From: Phoronis australis
Taxonomy: Eukaryota; Animalia; Phoronida
DNA length: 64,000 nucleotides
Assembly: GCA_002633005.1 (NCBI GenBank)
Contig: NMRA01000175.1
Coordinates: 441,831-505,830, forward strand
Reading direction: 5' to 3'
Shown one piece after another: positions 36,101-48,592 of the stretch (its first letter is position 1; each line of letters starts with the position of its first letter). The notes beneath the pieces were generated by a model. It did no database searches. It was not told the origin of the DNA and was given only the letters and a program-made list of their open reading frames with translations. The translations under genes and the position numbers were made by a program.

Positions 36101-39100
36101 GACATCGATGTAACGGTCGGCTGCGTGCTGAAGAATTTCTTGGAAATCTTTAACAGAGTAGTAACCTGTTCCCAGACCAGTGGCTTGTGGTCCCGAACCA
36201 AGTTGTGGTATTATGCAGTCGTTCTCACTTAAATCGTGACATCGTCGTGCCCCAACCTGTAATATTATTTCTGTAAGCCTTGATGTCTGATATCCACCGA
36301 GGCACTGCCGTTCATCACAGAGAATTTCTGTTAAATATGGGAACTCTTAAGAGCCAAGGCTCATTTCCCCTGAAAGACTTTACTGTAGTGCATATTTTGG
36401 AGGAAAATCTTACAAGGCGCTATTAAATTTCCCGGAAACGGTTATTTGGTTGGTGACGAAAGGAAGAAATGTGTGAATTTCTTGGAAAAGGCAATACCGG
36501 TATAGCGAATAATGAGTCCGAGTTAAGGGATCGTTTATTCTTCTATGAAAAACAATGTAAGTCCCCTTCGCGGTGTCAATGGGGTATTTCAACTAGAACT
36601 GTCCGGAGACCACTGCGCGGTGCAGAAATTCTACCTTTAAACCTATGTAAATTTTTGTCCAGTTTAGTACTGTATTGTGACTGCGACATGTCAACGTTTA
36701 AAAAATAGTGTAGGTGACCAGCTGGCTGCGACACGTTGCATCAGATGTGCTCGGGCTGCTCACCCGGAACCATTGCACAATACGCCTGAAACCATTCTTT
36801 CGTTTATTAACAAATACTTATAACATTTAGTGCACATATTAAGACAGAGCTGAAGAGACTTAAGGGTCTAGAAGTGGGGTCCAGTGGGATTTGAACCCAC
36901 AACCTTGAGAACAGGAGGCGGACACTCAGCTCAAGTCCACTATAGGTCGCACTGCCTCTTGAGCCTTTAGGTAAGAGGAGGCGCCGGGGTACTTACTGAC
37001 GTCAACTCTGGCAAACCGGGTATTTCTACCCGCCATCCTTCGTCATCTGCTAAGTGGAAATGAAACTTGTTCAGTTTGTAAGCTGCCATTAAATCGAGTA
37101 ACTTCTTCACGTCTTCTTTACTCCGGAAGTTTCTGGAAACGTCCAACATTGTTCCGCGATATGCATATCTCGGTGCGTCTATTATCGTCTGTTGAAGAAT
37201 CTAGAAAAACAAACTAAAAATCTTCGAATTCATTTTCTTTTGCCATTGTTGTGGAGAAATCGTGAGATGGGATGAAAGTGAAGAGATGTAGAGTTTCATC
37301 AAGCTTTTGGAAACAATAAGATAAATCAAACACATGTTCGGCCTTAAGGGCCACATTGCGTTTCCCAGCATAACTTACCCACATCCGGGCCTTCGCCTTG
37401 CAACCAAATATGCTGAGAAAACTTTGAACACCATAGAACAATCCCTGGACACTCGGACTGCGGATATCAACTCCTGGGGGAAAGCGTCTAATTTCGAGGC
37501 GGTAGGCTTGGTCTATTATTGTTCCTTTAGCGGCTTTGTTTTTGGAGAGTTTCACGCGACCGATAGATAACCTGATGGTGTTCCACTTTTTGGGTCGACC
37601 CCGAGGAATTCCGCTTTCATCTTAAAATTGCAAAAGGTAAACATTTATGATTGCTCTACAGGTTTATCGTATGATGCACAACTATTACTCATAGGAGAAT
37701 ATTTCACGCCTCAACTAACACACTACTTGCCGAAGTATTTTTGTAAACCTGGCGCTTTGTGTCACGACTGTGATTGTCGGTTGCAGTCCCTGTTTTGGCT
37801 TCGCTGTCTTATCAAATGAAGGGTCTCAGATGTCTCTGCCTGTGTCCACCTTAGCACACGGAACTACGTTTTAGAATGAGGCAACTTCTGGAATGTAGTA
37901 GAGACCGATTTACATAGTGACTTAATGGCAAAATATAAGTCTTACCTTCTAAATACTTCGCCAATTTTGCCAGCCGACGGTGTGAGACGGCAATACGCCA
38001 ACTTTTGGCGATGTACACGTGACCCCAGTGCCAACGTTTGTGGAAGAGAGGTTTTGGAATGACTGGCACAACAGGCTCCCAACAACTCCCTCTACCAGGT
38101 TTTTTGTTGCGGTCGAAGCGATCGGCTGCGGTATACGGATTGTAACGGTCAAAGCTGAATCGCTTCCACTGTTGAGGCGCAGAGAAAGTCTCGACGAACG
38201 CAAGAGATTCGCCCGTTGTGGAAACAATGGTGCGCGGCTTTATATTTCCGTTCTCGGAGTCAGCTGCGACGTACCAATTGGGCATTACGTCAGTGCGGCT
38301 TACGGCCCAGAATTCACCAGTTAGGATTAACGTTAGCGACCCGCCCGCTGCGATGGTTGATGTAGTTGTTAGCTTGTGCAGGCACCCATTAACGTGCGAA
38401 ACATTTGCATTGCCCTGGTTGATGGACTTGATCTTTCGAATATGACAGAGGAATATTGACCAACCACCGTGCGCGATTTCATCTCTGCCTTGATTGGCCA
38501 GCTTGACTTCAAATTTAAAAGTGGACACGTCACCAAGGTTGTCTAATACTTTGTACGTAACTTTCAGTTGACGTGCGATGGAGTCCAGTGACGTTTGCGT
38601 CAGCGCTGCCCCTGTGAATTGCAATCGTGAAAAATGTTATAAAGCTGTTCATGTTTATATATTTAAGTACGCCGTTGTTTTATGAGTCTCTGAATGAGAC
38701 AGTCATGCCAAACGGTGAATATGGGAAATCGCAGGTAGTTGTTTGCATGTTGTAGTTTGTGTGCTCTTCGGGTAGAATGCTGATCAAACACAATCGGTTC
38801 GCGCTAAGAAAATGTCGTTTTTTGGAAAACTGGGCACTCGGAAATTTGAGGCATAAATGTCGCTTTTTTTTGAAAATTGGACACTCGGAAATTTGAGGCA
38901 TATTAGTTCAAGAAACTCGTGGGATTTTCACAATTTTCACTTAAAATCTCATTTCCTCATTATTCATAGCAGCAAATATAATTAAACCGATTTTAAGCTT
39001 ATGAAATCAGTCTCTCAATATTCCTTAGCGTGAGAAGATTTGCTTTTTGTCACCAACCGATGAAGTTTATAAGACTCAGAAGGGGGCTTTTAAAAGTTTT

Positions 39101-41165
39101 TTTTGATGTTTCCCAACCCTAAAATTGTGATCTATGACCCGTTTACATATAGCTTTTTCTTCCCGTGAACCACATTTGCTCAGTTTTGGGCTGCATTTAA
39201 AACGCGGGTGATTTTCATTTTTAATTCTGGAATTTTCAAGGCCAGTCACATTTTCACCAAGTTGCTACTCGACACACTCTCAATATCATATTCCCCTCGA
39301 GTTTTGTCCCTCTACGAGTCGAGTGGGTATGATGCAAGAATTTGGAGAAAATCATGCAAAACTTGAAACCCGATAACCTTTTATCCTTCGAAACACTATT
39401 AGGATCCATATGTCTATTACTTTGACATTAGGTCACGAATTTATAACCCGCAGTTGGCATGACTACATTCATCGTGCATCATGCACGGTTTCAATCCGGT
39501 CTTTTCATCCCCGTTTCTTTTCATGTCTTCTGTTTCATTTATTCAGAGTATCAACTGCAGGCAAATTTACCACACTTCCTCAATTTGAATTTATTCGTAA
39601 TGCGTTGTAGCAATGTTTCAAAATTTTGCGCTTGTAACAAAATCCTTTCTGGGCATCAGGAACTCATAAATTAACATACAAAGTGTTAAAGAAACATATT
39701 TTTAGAATATGTATTTTAATATACATGTATGTCTGGTTTTACAGGATGAATATGCACTGCAGTTTTGATGCTGGGGTCATCAAGTGCAAACTATGATTAG
39801 ACAGTCATCCATATAAACCCTAATGTTCTCGAGCACAGAATAGTGTAAAGTTATCTTGTGTTCGCACAAGAGTAGAACGGCAAATGTCAAAAATAATTTA
39901 GAGTACAAAGATCAGATCCAGCTGCTTAGTGTCTCCATGTTTTACTCATGAGTTGACAGCAAATTACGACAGCATGCAAATTCGACATTTTTGCTATCGG
40001 GATTTGGCGGCGGAAGCCCCGCTTAGTGTCTCCTCGACTGAATGGTTGATTGGAAGTATGTTGCATATGACGTGGTCCCAAAGGGGTAAGCATGAATGAC
40101 ATTTTAAAGTGGCCATTTAGGATTTTCAAAAGTTAACAATCGGTTCTACGGATGAAAAAATGTATTTAGGGAGTAATTTTTGGGCAGTATAATTAGGCTT
40201 GATCAGAGCAAAAACCAGTAAATATGATATGTTTTTGAAATGAAATCCATGTGGAGACCACTTTTGGTCGCAGTAAAAAAATGTCCGACATGGGCGGTAC
40301 ATGATGCGTATTAAAGACAGCGCAAAAAATCCAGGATAATCTCCTGAGACAAAGAAGTGAAAAGCGAAGAACATTAACAGAAAAACCTCTCCAGAATTTG
40401 GAAACGAAATCGTGAGCTGGTCTGGACTGCATTTCTGGAAATGACGATTGAGTTTCTGTGTAGGTTAATGGGTAGGTATGTTTGTCACTCTCTCCCTTTT
40501 TTTCAAAAAAAGCTTGACATTCATGCTTAGTTTTGATTGTAAGCATGAACTTAGAATTATTTTTGAAACGCCCACTGTAACTTAAGTTGGGTTCGCGTAA
40601 GTCACCTCAGCATTGGTTATTTACTTTTGGTTCTTCTTTATTTTCAGGCGTCCCTCACTACATTTCTAGGCCTGATATTAGGTTTTTTATCTAAAATCAG
40701 TATTAAATAAGACACTAAATAAGACATATGATTCCATAACTTGTCGCTCACTTTAAAACTAATCGAGTTGATTTGTGGAAAATCAACAATTTATTGTGGT
40801 GCTGTAGGCCTCTTATTTAGCTGTCGTTCTTTACAAACGTAATGTTTTTATGTAGAGTGGGATACTGAAAATTTCAAAATATCTTTAAGTAGTGGAGCAT
40901 ACTCTAGAAGTAGCTTTTTAAGACATTTCAAAAAACTGCATCTCAATGAAAACCCTTTACATTCGACAAGTTCTTTTTCTTACTTGTGCAGAAATAATAT
41001 TCGTATCCATAAAAGATTAATAGGTAATTAAAACGAAGATTTGTCCGTGAATCGTGTTCACAGCCCCGTGGACTCGGGCAGTGTTTGTTGGTAAAACACA
41101 GAGAGCGTGAACTTACCTAAGGCTAAATATGCAAGAAGTATAGCTCCACAAACACTGGCCAACAT
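33126..41165 (-). CDS. Secreted GH20 beta-N-acetylhexosaminidase / chitobiase (CHB_HEX - GH20b - GH20 catalytic - CHB_HEX_C), 8 exons, 861 aa
   Basis: Exons 41165-41117, 38611-37946, 37620-37379, 37200-36997, 36256-35302, 34915-34663, 33963-33814, 33192-33126. All introns GT-AG; total 2586 nt. Signal peptide MLASVCGAILLAYLALG. Motifs DAPRYAYRGTMLDVSRNF, HFHLADDEGWRVEIPGLPELT, IPEFDMPGH, catalytic HYGGDE (35833-35816), HLYFD, RGYYWA, WSETIRT, AERAW, LPPPGAR, EFSQDGGATW. Confidence 0.95.
33814..33963 (-). CDS. Hexosaminidase exon 7 (CHB_HEX_C)
   Basis: ANCAVLNDVLYANSAISGLEIEFSQDGGATWCTY...IMLRTR, donor gtgagt; absent from the ORF track. Confidence 0.9.
34663..34915 (-). CDS. Hexosaminidase exon 6
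   Basis: GLQAAIWSETIRT...PRLLAFAERAWHKADWE...YHLPPPGAR. Confidence 0.95.
35302..36256 (-). CDS. Hexosaminidase exon 5 (catalytic core)
   Basis: VGARRCHDLSENDCIIPQLGSGP...IPEFDMPGH...HYGGDE...HLYFDHPYEPDPEERGYYWA...ENILG. Confidence 0.96.
36883..36945 (-). mobile_element. tRNA-derived SINE head fragment
   Basis: B-box-like gggttcaaatccca on the minus strand; no complete cloverleaf. Similar fragments at about 20365-20425, 27100-27160, 56868-56925 and 58510-58580. Confidence 0.5.
36997..37200 (-). CDS. Hexosaminidase exon 4 (start of catalytic domain)
   Basis: ILQQTIIDAPRYAYRGTMLDVSRNF...HLADDEGWRVEIPGLPELTS. Confidence 0.95.
37379..37620 (-). CDS. Hexosaminidase exon 3 (GH20b domain)
   Basis: ...DQAYRLEI...GLFYGVQSFLSI..., donor gtaagt. 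Confidence 0.88.
37946..38611 (-). CDS. Hexosaminidase exon 2 (CHB_HEX carbohydrate-binding domain and linker)
   Basis: GAALTQTSLDSIARQLKVTYKVLDN...WSIFLCHIR...MPNWYV...QQWKR...VIPKP. Confidence 0.92.
41117..41165 (-). CDS. Hexosaminidase exon 1 (signal peptide)
   Basis: ATG TTG GCC...TTA G|gtaagt; phase 1 matches the exon 2 acceptor; hydrophobic 16-mer. Confidence 0.8.
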
Positions 41166-41210
41166 GACTGGGTATTTTCGTCAAACAGTGTTGGCTGATG
41201 GATGGCAGCT

Positions 41211-41220
41211 TTGTATATAG
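41211..41220 (-). promoter_or_regulatory. Candidate TATA-like box of the hexosaminidase gene
   Basis: CTATATACAA on the minus strand about 50 nt upstream of the ATG. Confidence 0.3.
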
Positions 41221-42273
41221 TCTAGCATGTCAGTTTGTGATCACGATTTATTACTCATTTTGACATTGAAGATAATTTATCGGCGGCATACTGAGTATAA
41301 TGATAGTTATAAAAGTGTGGAGTGAAGAGGTCAAGCATACCTGTTGCTAATGTTACCGAAACTGAACGTCGTCCTGGGGGATTAGAGCGGATCCAAGATC
41401 ATGTCCAAAGGGGATTTGGTAATGAATAAGTACAGGGGGCTTTTGATTTTCCTTCATTACTGCAATATACAAGTGGTCAGAGCAAGAGCGTCCACCCCCC
41501 CCCTCCCTCTGTGATTGTTTTCCATAGAGGCCCCCAGTGTGGAGGTGAAGTCAGTTGGGATGGCGGAGAAGCCTTCTTGAGGAATAGGTCTCCGCAAAAT
41601 TAATTCGATGAGACTAACCATTTACTTCGTAATCCAGTACTAGCGATTTTTATATCATTTGGACTGGTTGTGGAGCTACAAACCAGTATTACGCCGTCCA
41701 TAAATCGCACTATTGACCTTGATGTCGCAGATCTATCCGGATTCGATCGCGTGTTGTTCTTGTTCGCAATCTTCTCACATCACTACTACACCACCGCCAC
41801 GTCACCCAATTTTAAAATCTTATTCTATGTTATCTAGATTCCTATTTGTTTTAAATATCCGCCAAATGTAAACCAGCAGGCGAATACAAACCTGCACCAA
41901 GGCAACACGGCTCACACAATAACTCTATTTTATAAAAGGTGAACTTTCAAAGGCCAAAATGTTTACTAAATTTCTGTAAACGTCATTTGTGGGTACTTAA
42001 GCGCGTGCACGGCAAGAATGCTCGTGCGCAGCCTACAATCACAGACTTTTGTAGATTGTTTTGGATTAAAACTGACTGCCACACATGATACCATCCCCAA
42101 AATATAGCCGGTAGTTCTTTTACCCGTTCCAAACACAGTTATCGTTTTTTTTAACATCTCCCGTAAACGTTTTGGGATAAAATTGGTGGCTGACTGACGT
42201 TTGGCCGCCGAAATTATATAGAACAATAGCCTCCTTCCACGAATATTACTCAGCAGGTGTAACCATAAAATGT

Positions 42274-42405
42274 TTATTGACTTTCACACTTCGTCAATTT
42301 ATGGATTTCAGACCCAAAATAGGATAATGACTTCGGCTCCGCCTAGGTCATTTCACGTTTTCGCCAGTCTGAAAACCAATTACTGACCTCGGTGAAAGTC
42401 AATAA
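42274..42405. repeat. Palindromic interspersed element (long imperfect hairpin)
   Basis: 14-bp IR ttattgactttcac/gtgaaagtcaataa with inner tcagac/gtctga and atgac/gtcat pairs. Confidence 0.6.
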
Positions 42406-42641
42406 TTGTATATGTATAATTAATAATTAATATTGGGTTACTGATCTTTCAGATTATCCCCACATGTATACGAGGTATTTTCAGCATCGTGAAAACATGA
42501 CATTATCTTGTATTTTCTGGCATTAAAACCAATCCCAAGAAACTATTTCTGCTTTTGATAACTAGACTTCATTCTTTTTGCTTCCCTAGCTGTCTATTTG
42601 CAGCACTATTTTTTGAGCGGACTCGCGAAATGTCAATTCCC

Positions 42642-42735
42642 GTCCACGACCTCGCTGGTTCCCTGCGTGCTTAGCCCAGCCAGCGCGGCTACCGCCCCAT
42701 CTAGCGGCACGCAGGGAACCAGCGAGGTCCACGAC
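42642..42735. mobile_element. Miniature hairpin MITE with flanking direct repeat
   Basis: Perfect 23-bp IR at 42648-42670/42707-42729; gtccacgac duplicated at 42642-42650 and 42727-42735. Confidence 0.8.
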
Positions 42736-44104
42736 CTGACTTGTTCGGCAGTTCTGATCCGACCCTCGTGGACGAGACGGTGTCGCTATCTGCCGGTGAC
42801 TGAGAGATCAAGGGCCCGTGCAGACCGGGAGCATTTTGTTTGTTTTAACTCAGATAGAATCTGAGGTTTTAAGCAGTGCTGTGGTGGGGCGTAGGCGCAA
42901 GTAGGCGCAGCCAACCACCTTTTGGCATTTGAACGTACCGCCTTCGCACCGTACAAGTTACGTTTAGTGCTCGAGGTGATACGGTGGGCTTTGGGCGCCT
43001 ACTTACCTCTAATTTTAACACTACAGCACTGGTTTCAAGTGAACCATAGTTGAGCTGACAAGGTGTGAAAATAAGGCATTCTCTGAATGAACTAGCCAAG
43101 GTCATTCTTGCCTTGGTGTGAGATGTCAGTTCAGCAATGGTTCACTTGAGGCAGACATCTTTCAGATCATTACATTCCGTCTGAGTTATTGCCCTGCTAC
43201 TGAAACGCTGTGTCTTGAATAGACTATAGTGTCCAGAGGCTAAGCACTGGACACGAGTTGTTCTTTACACTGTGCATAGCAGCGACGGAAGAATTATGGG
43301 CCAAGGTGGACCCATTTGAGCCAACAAAAGTAGTCATATACACTTGTGGTTTCGAGATGTCTTGGGGAGGGTTTCAGTTTTTCTTCATTTTCATGGAAGT
43401 TTATTTTTTCGCAGTGCAAAGGAAAGAGACAAGATTTCAGAGAATGCATAAATTTCGCTACAGTAACGTCTCACGGGACCGGTTTCAGGGGTGCAACCTC
43501 TCGGAAATTTGTCAAATAAGCGGCATGTAAAATAAGATATGCACGTGTGTCCATAAATGTAAAGACGCCGGCATATTTTAGTTACTTTCTGTCCAGGCGT
43601 TAGAGAGCTCTTCAGTGACATGCAAAAAAGTAAGGAACATTTAACATTTATTTCATTTGTAAAACTGGTCTTCCAGATATCCCATGCAGAATTTTTGTAC
43701 ATTCAAATAAATCAGTAAGGGATGGCCAAACTTAAAATGTATTCCAAGTTGATCAAAAAGCAAAAACTATGAAAGGTATACAAGAGTAAATAAATAGGTG
43801 CGAATTCAATTGTACAAAACTAAATAAATAAAACACAAAGAAGAACACGTTGCATGTACAAATATTTTTTCGGAGACAGCGACATAGTCATATCAAGCTC
43901 TGACAGACCGTACATGCCAAATATGCCATGCCCTTATGTGGAATACAAGTGTCTCTTTTGAAACTGTGACCGTCAGGTCAGTTACAGGTTCTTTATTGGC
44001 GCGTGACTTTCTGAGACCAGATTCATTGCTGAATGAAACCTGCAACCCCGCTGTCGCGGTCTAACGCTCTAGAGATGGAGCTGAATCGTACTCGATAAAT
44101 GACA

Positions 44105-44163
44105 CATGGGCGGCTCACCATAGGGGGCTACGCCCCATTTTTTTCAGTGCTGCGCCGCTCGTG
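44105..44163. mobile_element. Short MITE, family A copy 2
   Basis: catgggcggctcacc...ttcagtgctgcgccgctcgtg. Confidence 0.65.
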
Positions 44164-45376
44164 TGCGTATTTAACTGGTAAAACCACCCGTTTTGATTTC
44201 AGTGAATTTCTGGAAGACAACAGCGAACATTGGCGAGTTGTAATAACATCACACAAACACTACGGTTTTGTCTGATAAAATAACTTCAAGAGGTATATTC
44301 CGCCCAACAATAACCACCAAGTGCGTTTTCCCTTCATAAAGCAGACAACGTCATTTTAAAATACGTGGTACAAGGATTTCTTTTTGTATTGATACGGGAT
44401 ATTCCGTGAGTCGGCGATTAAAAGACCACTAAACTAAAACGTATCGCTCATTACATGTTCTTAGGTGCTAGATTCATTTTAGCTTACCAAGAAGACGAAT
44501 GTTTAATTAATGACGGTTTTATAGCATAATGCTCGTGTCACCGTTTGACAAGGTCGAGAATGACGCATTAACTGGACGCAGTGAATGTGTGGAGACAATA
44601 GATCACCTTAAGTGGAAAACAACATGCAAACAACTGGTCGTACGCATACACGAAGCATGATGAATAAGTCAATGACATGTTGGTCTTGATCATGGCTGTT
44701 TACCGGAACAGGTGACATTTTCAGTCGTGATCAGTCAGTCAAAAATATTTATTCCACCGTTAACAAATAACTCAGAAAGAATGTCATGATATTTGAGTTT
44801 ACAAGTAATACAAAAAATTCTGCTCCACGATATTCCAATAACAAATAATAATTTGAAAGAGCGCAACGCAACTAAACAAAAGGGGAGAAACTAAGAAAAA
44901 ATAAAGAGAAGGAGGACAAGAAAAATGTTTGGAGTCACTGATGATATTAATATTAACTGTTAAAGAAAAAATGGGCTCCATAGAACAAAAATCATTTGCA
45001 TTTTTTAATTTCAATGTAACGGTTCGAAAGGCCTATAACGGTAAGAAGTCTGAATCATAAGTTACATTCTTTGACGAAAGGCAAGTTTTTAATTTTTACT
45101 AATAACTCTTTCGCCACCTGTTGCTGATTCACAAAACTAAAGCCTGGTGTGTGCGAGTCCACTGAGTTTCGAAATTAATCGTGGTCATTAAGCTCTGCTG
45201 TGAGCATTTATGTACAACGTCGGGTACACATTAGCCCAACCGCACTCTCGTTTACTGGTAGGCTATATCGGCAAATATCGTTTCCGATGTGCAAGTATGT
45301 TGCGGTGATCTTGTCTATACATTGCTTTGCTGGTTTGCGATTTGGAACCAGGCGGTATTCAATTTGACACACGCAC

Positions 45377-45784
45377 TTGGCCCGTAATCTAACCTTTTTA
45401 CTCGAAATCGAACTCGTTTTCTGTTCTACTTTGGAATAAATTTAAAGATAACTGTCTAGTATTATTCTGTGCTCTAGTACATAATGGTTTACGTGGATAA
45501 CCATGTAATTCTATTTTGCACATGGTGACCACAGTACTAAAGCTTTAGTTTAACTTGGAGTCTGAAATCAAAATCTCGAGTTCTCGCTCAATATCTCGAA
45601 TTTTTACTCGAGTTTGCAGCTCATCAAGTGCGCACATGGACTACATGTTGGTTGGGAAACCCACAACGCGCTCAAGAACAAAATGATAAATAATTATCTG
45701 ACATTGGTGTAAGGGATAATTGAAATGGCCAAATATAAGTTCGAGTTTGATTTCGAATAAAAGAATTAGATCCCGACCCCTGGT
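45377..45784 (-). mobile_element. MITE family C copy (diverged, inverted relative to 52800-53207)
   Basis: Shared blocks tttttactcgaaat and tttttactcgagtttg(c/t)agc, plus matching terminal sequence. Confidence 0.6.
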
Positions 45785-45870
45785 GGCGAGAAATATTGAG
45801 GAGATATGTACCTCAAGAGTTTGCAATGACTACAGCCAGATTATCTTTTGTCATTTTGAAAAAAATCTGA

Positions 45871-47760
45871 TCTTTTTTCTTTTTTAAAAATATTTATTGC
45901 CAATTAACGAACAGTATACATTAAATGAAGAAAAATACAGAGCAAAAACAATTCACACACATGTAGACGTATACGTCCGTCATTGCATTGTTGAAAACTA
46001 TTTAGCCACAGAAATCATGCAGCAGTCCACGCCACCAACTTTCACATTCTTTCACGACGCCAAAATAATTTTTGACAAATAAAAACCTATGATCGAATTC
46101 ACATTGTAAAATTTAATGAAAACCTGAGTATTTGGACGGTATGTCTTATTTTAGAAGAATGAATATTTGCAAATTAATGAAATCCAATTTAAAATTTGCT
46201 ATTTTTATGTGGTATCTTTCCAAATATAATGATAATTTTTGTGATAATTGCATCAATGTTTCCTATAGTGAACACATGTCGTTGTACTTCCAGAAGAAAT
46301 TTCATTGTCTCTGTACAATCGCAGAATATATGTTTTATGTTTCAGGCTGCTGTTTACTAAAACAACAGGCATTCGAGACGATAACTGTTGGTTTTAGGAA
46401 GAAATTTAAAATTTGTAGTAGTAAGTTCTGCACATAATATTATACTTCAGACAGCATAATGAACGTGTCGCTGGTACAATTGTAAGGTGAGGTAACATAT
46501 GGTATCGCTTCCAAATTTCCTTATCAATAAAACTGCTTCTGGGACTACACAAATATCACACAATAAAAGGATTTACATCCAACAAAATAGGAGATATCGA
46601 ACGGAATAAGTGAACCAACAACGTTTTTTTAGATATTTTAGTAGGAAAATTTTTTTCTAAGAAATGATTTTACAGCCTTATTAGATAAAAAATACTCCAA
46701 GAATGCGATTTAATTGAAATGTTCTTTCTATGTCCTCATACGGGTAAAAAAATATTTGTCTCATCCAACAGATCGTTTATGAATAGAAACATAGAACATA
46801 ATTTTGTTCTTCCATCCACTTGAAAATTAGTATTGTACCATAAATTCGTTGATAGCACATTCTCAGTGCTTCTTCCAGGTGGTAGAGAAAGGAAGTTGGT
46901 ACTCTGTTGGTGAGGCTCCAAAAGGTGTTTTGTTGTTACTGGAATTATTTCCACGCACCGATAGTTTTTAACACTTGGACTTGTTTCAAGCTCAAACTGT
47001 GAATCGGTAGGAATTAACATTCTGGTGTAAATTAGCTTCAAAGAGACGTTAAAAGGGATATCTTTAACATCTTAGTCTTTCGTCCTCTGTCTTCATGAGC
47101 AAACCATCTGTTTTATTCTCTTTACTTAGTTATTCTAAATACAAATTAAAAGAAAAATGTATTCAGTTCTCTGTTAAAATGTAGTACCATTAATAAATGT
47201 GTGATTTAAAAAACACTAGATTTTAAAACAGTAACTTCTTTCCAAAGGGGAAATTTTCTTTTAGACCACATTCTAAGCATACGATTAATTTCACTTATTT
47301 TCTCATCAAAGCTGCCCAGATTATCGTCAAAGTTAAAACCCAGTAAACTGAACATGGATAAACCCCATTTAATTTTCCACCGTTTCCTATTAAATAAATA
47401 CATATTTCGAACAAAATTGCTTCGTATCCATAAAACATTTCCTTTAGAATAATTCATTTGTAAACCTGTCGTGTCTGCTTACTTGTGCGATATAAATATG
47501 TAACGCGGGTACCCGTCTAAAATAAGGATTGTATCGTCGGCGTATTGGGAAATTAAGTATTATTAGCATTGCATCCTTGACATGCCATTTAAGCTTCACA
47601 GTTAGAGCTAGTCTTTCTTCACACATCATAAAAATGTTTAGTGTGAGAGGACTAACCGATCTTCAACCTCTCTGAGGCTAAACTGACTCCGAAAGATACA
47701 TATTTTGCATTAATATAGAATACTGGGTTTTCATAAAGTGTTCATCTTTTAATGGCGTCT
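45871..47760 (-). mobile_element. Degraded 5'-truncated L1/Tx1-clade non-LTR retrotransposon (RT relic)
   Basis: The minus strand encodes QRG*RSVSPLTLNIFMMCEERLA (GCRQGDPLSP-like), ISQYADDTILILDG (YADD at 47533-47544), NYSK..LWI..LLGFNF..WSKRK..VTVLKS and LWYN..INDLL, with stops and frameshifts; AATAAA plus an A-rich tail at 45871-45899. Confidence 0.85.
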
Positions 47761-48199
47761 TTTAAATTGAATAAGTTCAGTATTACACTTCGCGGATAAA
47801 ATTTCTAGATAACCGTCGTGGGACCCGTCATAGCCGACCCAGCACTCGTAAGTGACACCCTTGGTCACGGCATTACATTTGGGTATTGAATAGCTGTTTA
47901 AAGCTCCATACAGCGACACCTTTGAGAAACATTGTTTTGGTTTATGTTTTGGGATGGAACCCTTTGTTTGCAATGTGCGACTCGACCTACATGTATTTAG
48001 CGCTGCGTGAGTCTTCAACTTTTGTTGAATTCTGTGTCCCGTAAACTGAAGTCGCTAGTCAAGAAACCAAGAACTACAATTCATCGTTGATTTTCAGACA
48101 CTCAACATTTCGCTATTCGAATGGGAACCACGTGGTGTATTTGAATAATTAATTTGTCCAACGTATTGTTAACGCTTCATAGATTCTTGCATTATTTAG

Positions 48200-48520
48200 T
48201 ATTGTTTGAAAACAATAGATAATCAACCATGAGCCCATGATATTATTGAAACAACTTTTGTTGTACGCTTTCAATGGAGTTTCATCGATTTTTCATACGT
48301 TGATCGAAAATCATTCAATACGGAAATCGGTCACAGTGGTTTAATAAGGACAACATATCAGATGGCGTAAATTCTTCAACTGTTGTCAAGATTCTTTTAA
48401 AAGTAATATGGGTATCGCGTTTTCTTCGACTGCAAAGTAATTGGATTTACACGAATGTAAGATTGTTTTGAGTAGGCCCCTACAACTCGGCCTGTGGAGC
48501 ATATAGATATGCCGACTTGT
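48200..48520 (+). mobile_element. Possible highly decayed CR1/L2-type RT fragment
   Basis: Fragments LKTIDN, INHE..ILLKQLLLYAFNG, SYVDRK and DGVNSS in broken frames resemble CR1-group RT motifs. Confidence 0.35.
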
Positions 48521-48592
48521 TAAACACTTGTTTGCCTGCTACCCGAGCCTTATGGTGCTATTGAACGACATTTAGGTGCACTACAGCTCAGG

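Noticed and set aside
33126-41165. Bacterial contamination explaining the chitobiase-like gene
   Set aside because: Seven canonical spliceosomal introns, host-type repeats in and around the gene, and a polyadenylation signal.
46132-48018. Several short ORFs as independent genes
   Set aside because: Broken frames of, or ORFs overlapping and adjacent to, a decayed L1/Tx1-like reverse transcriptase.
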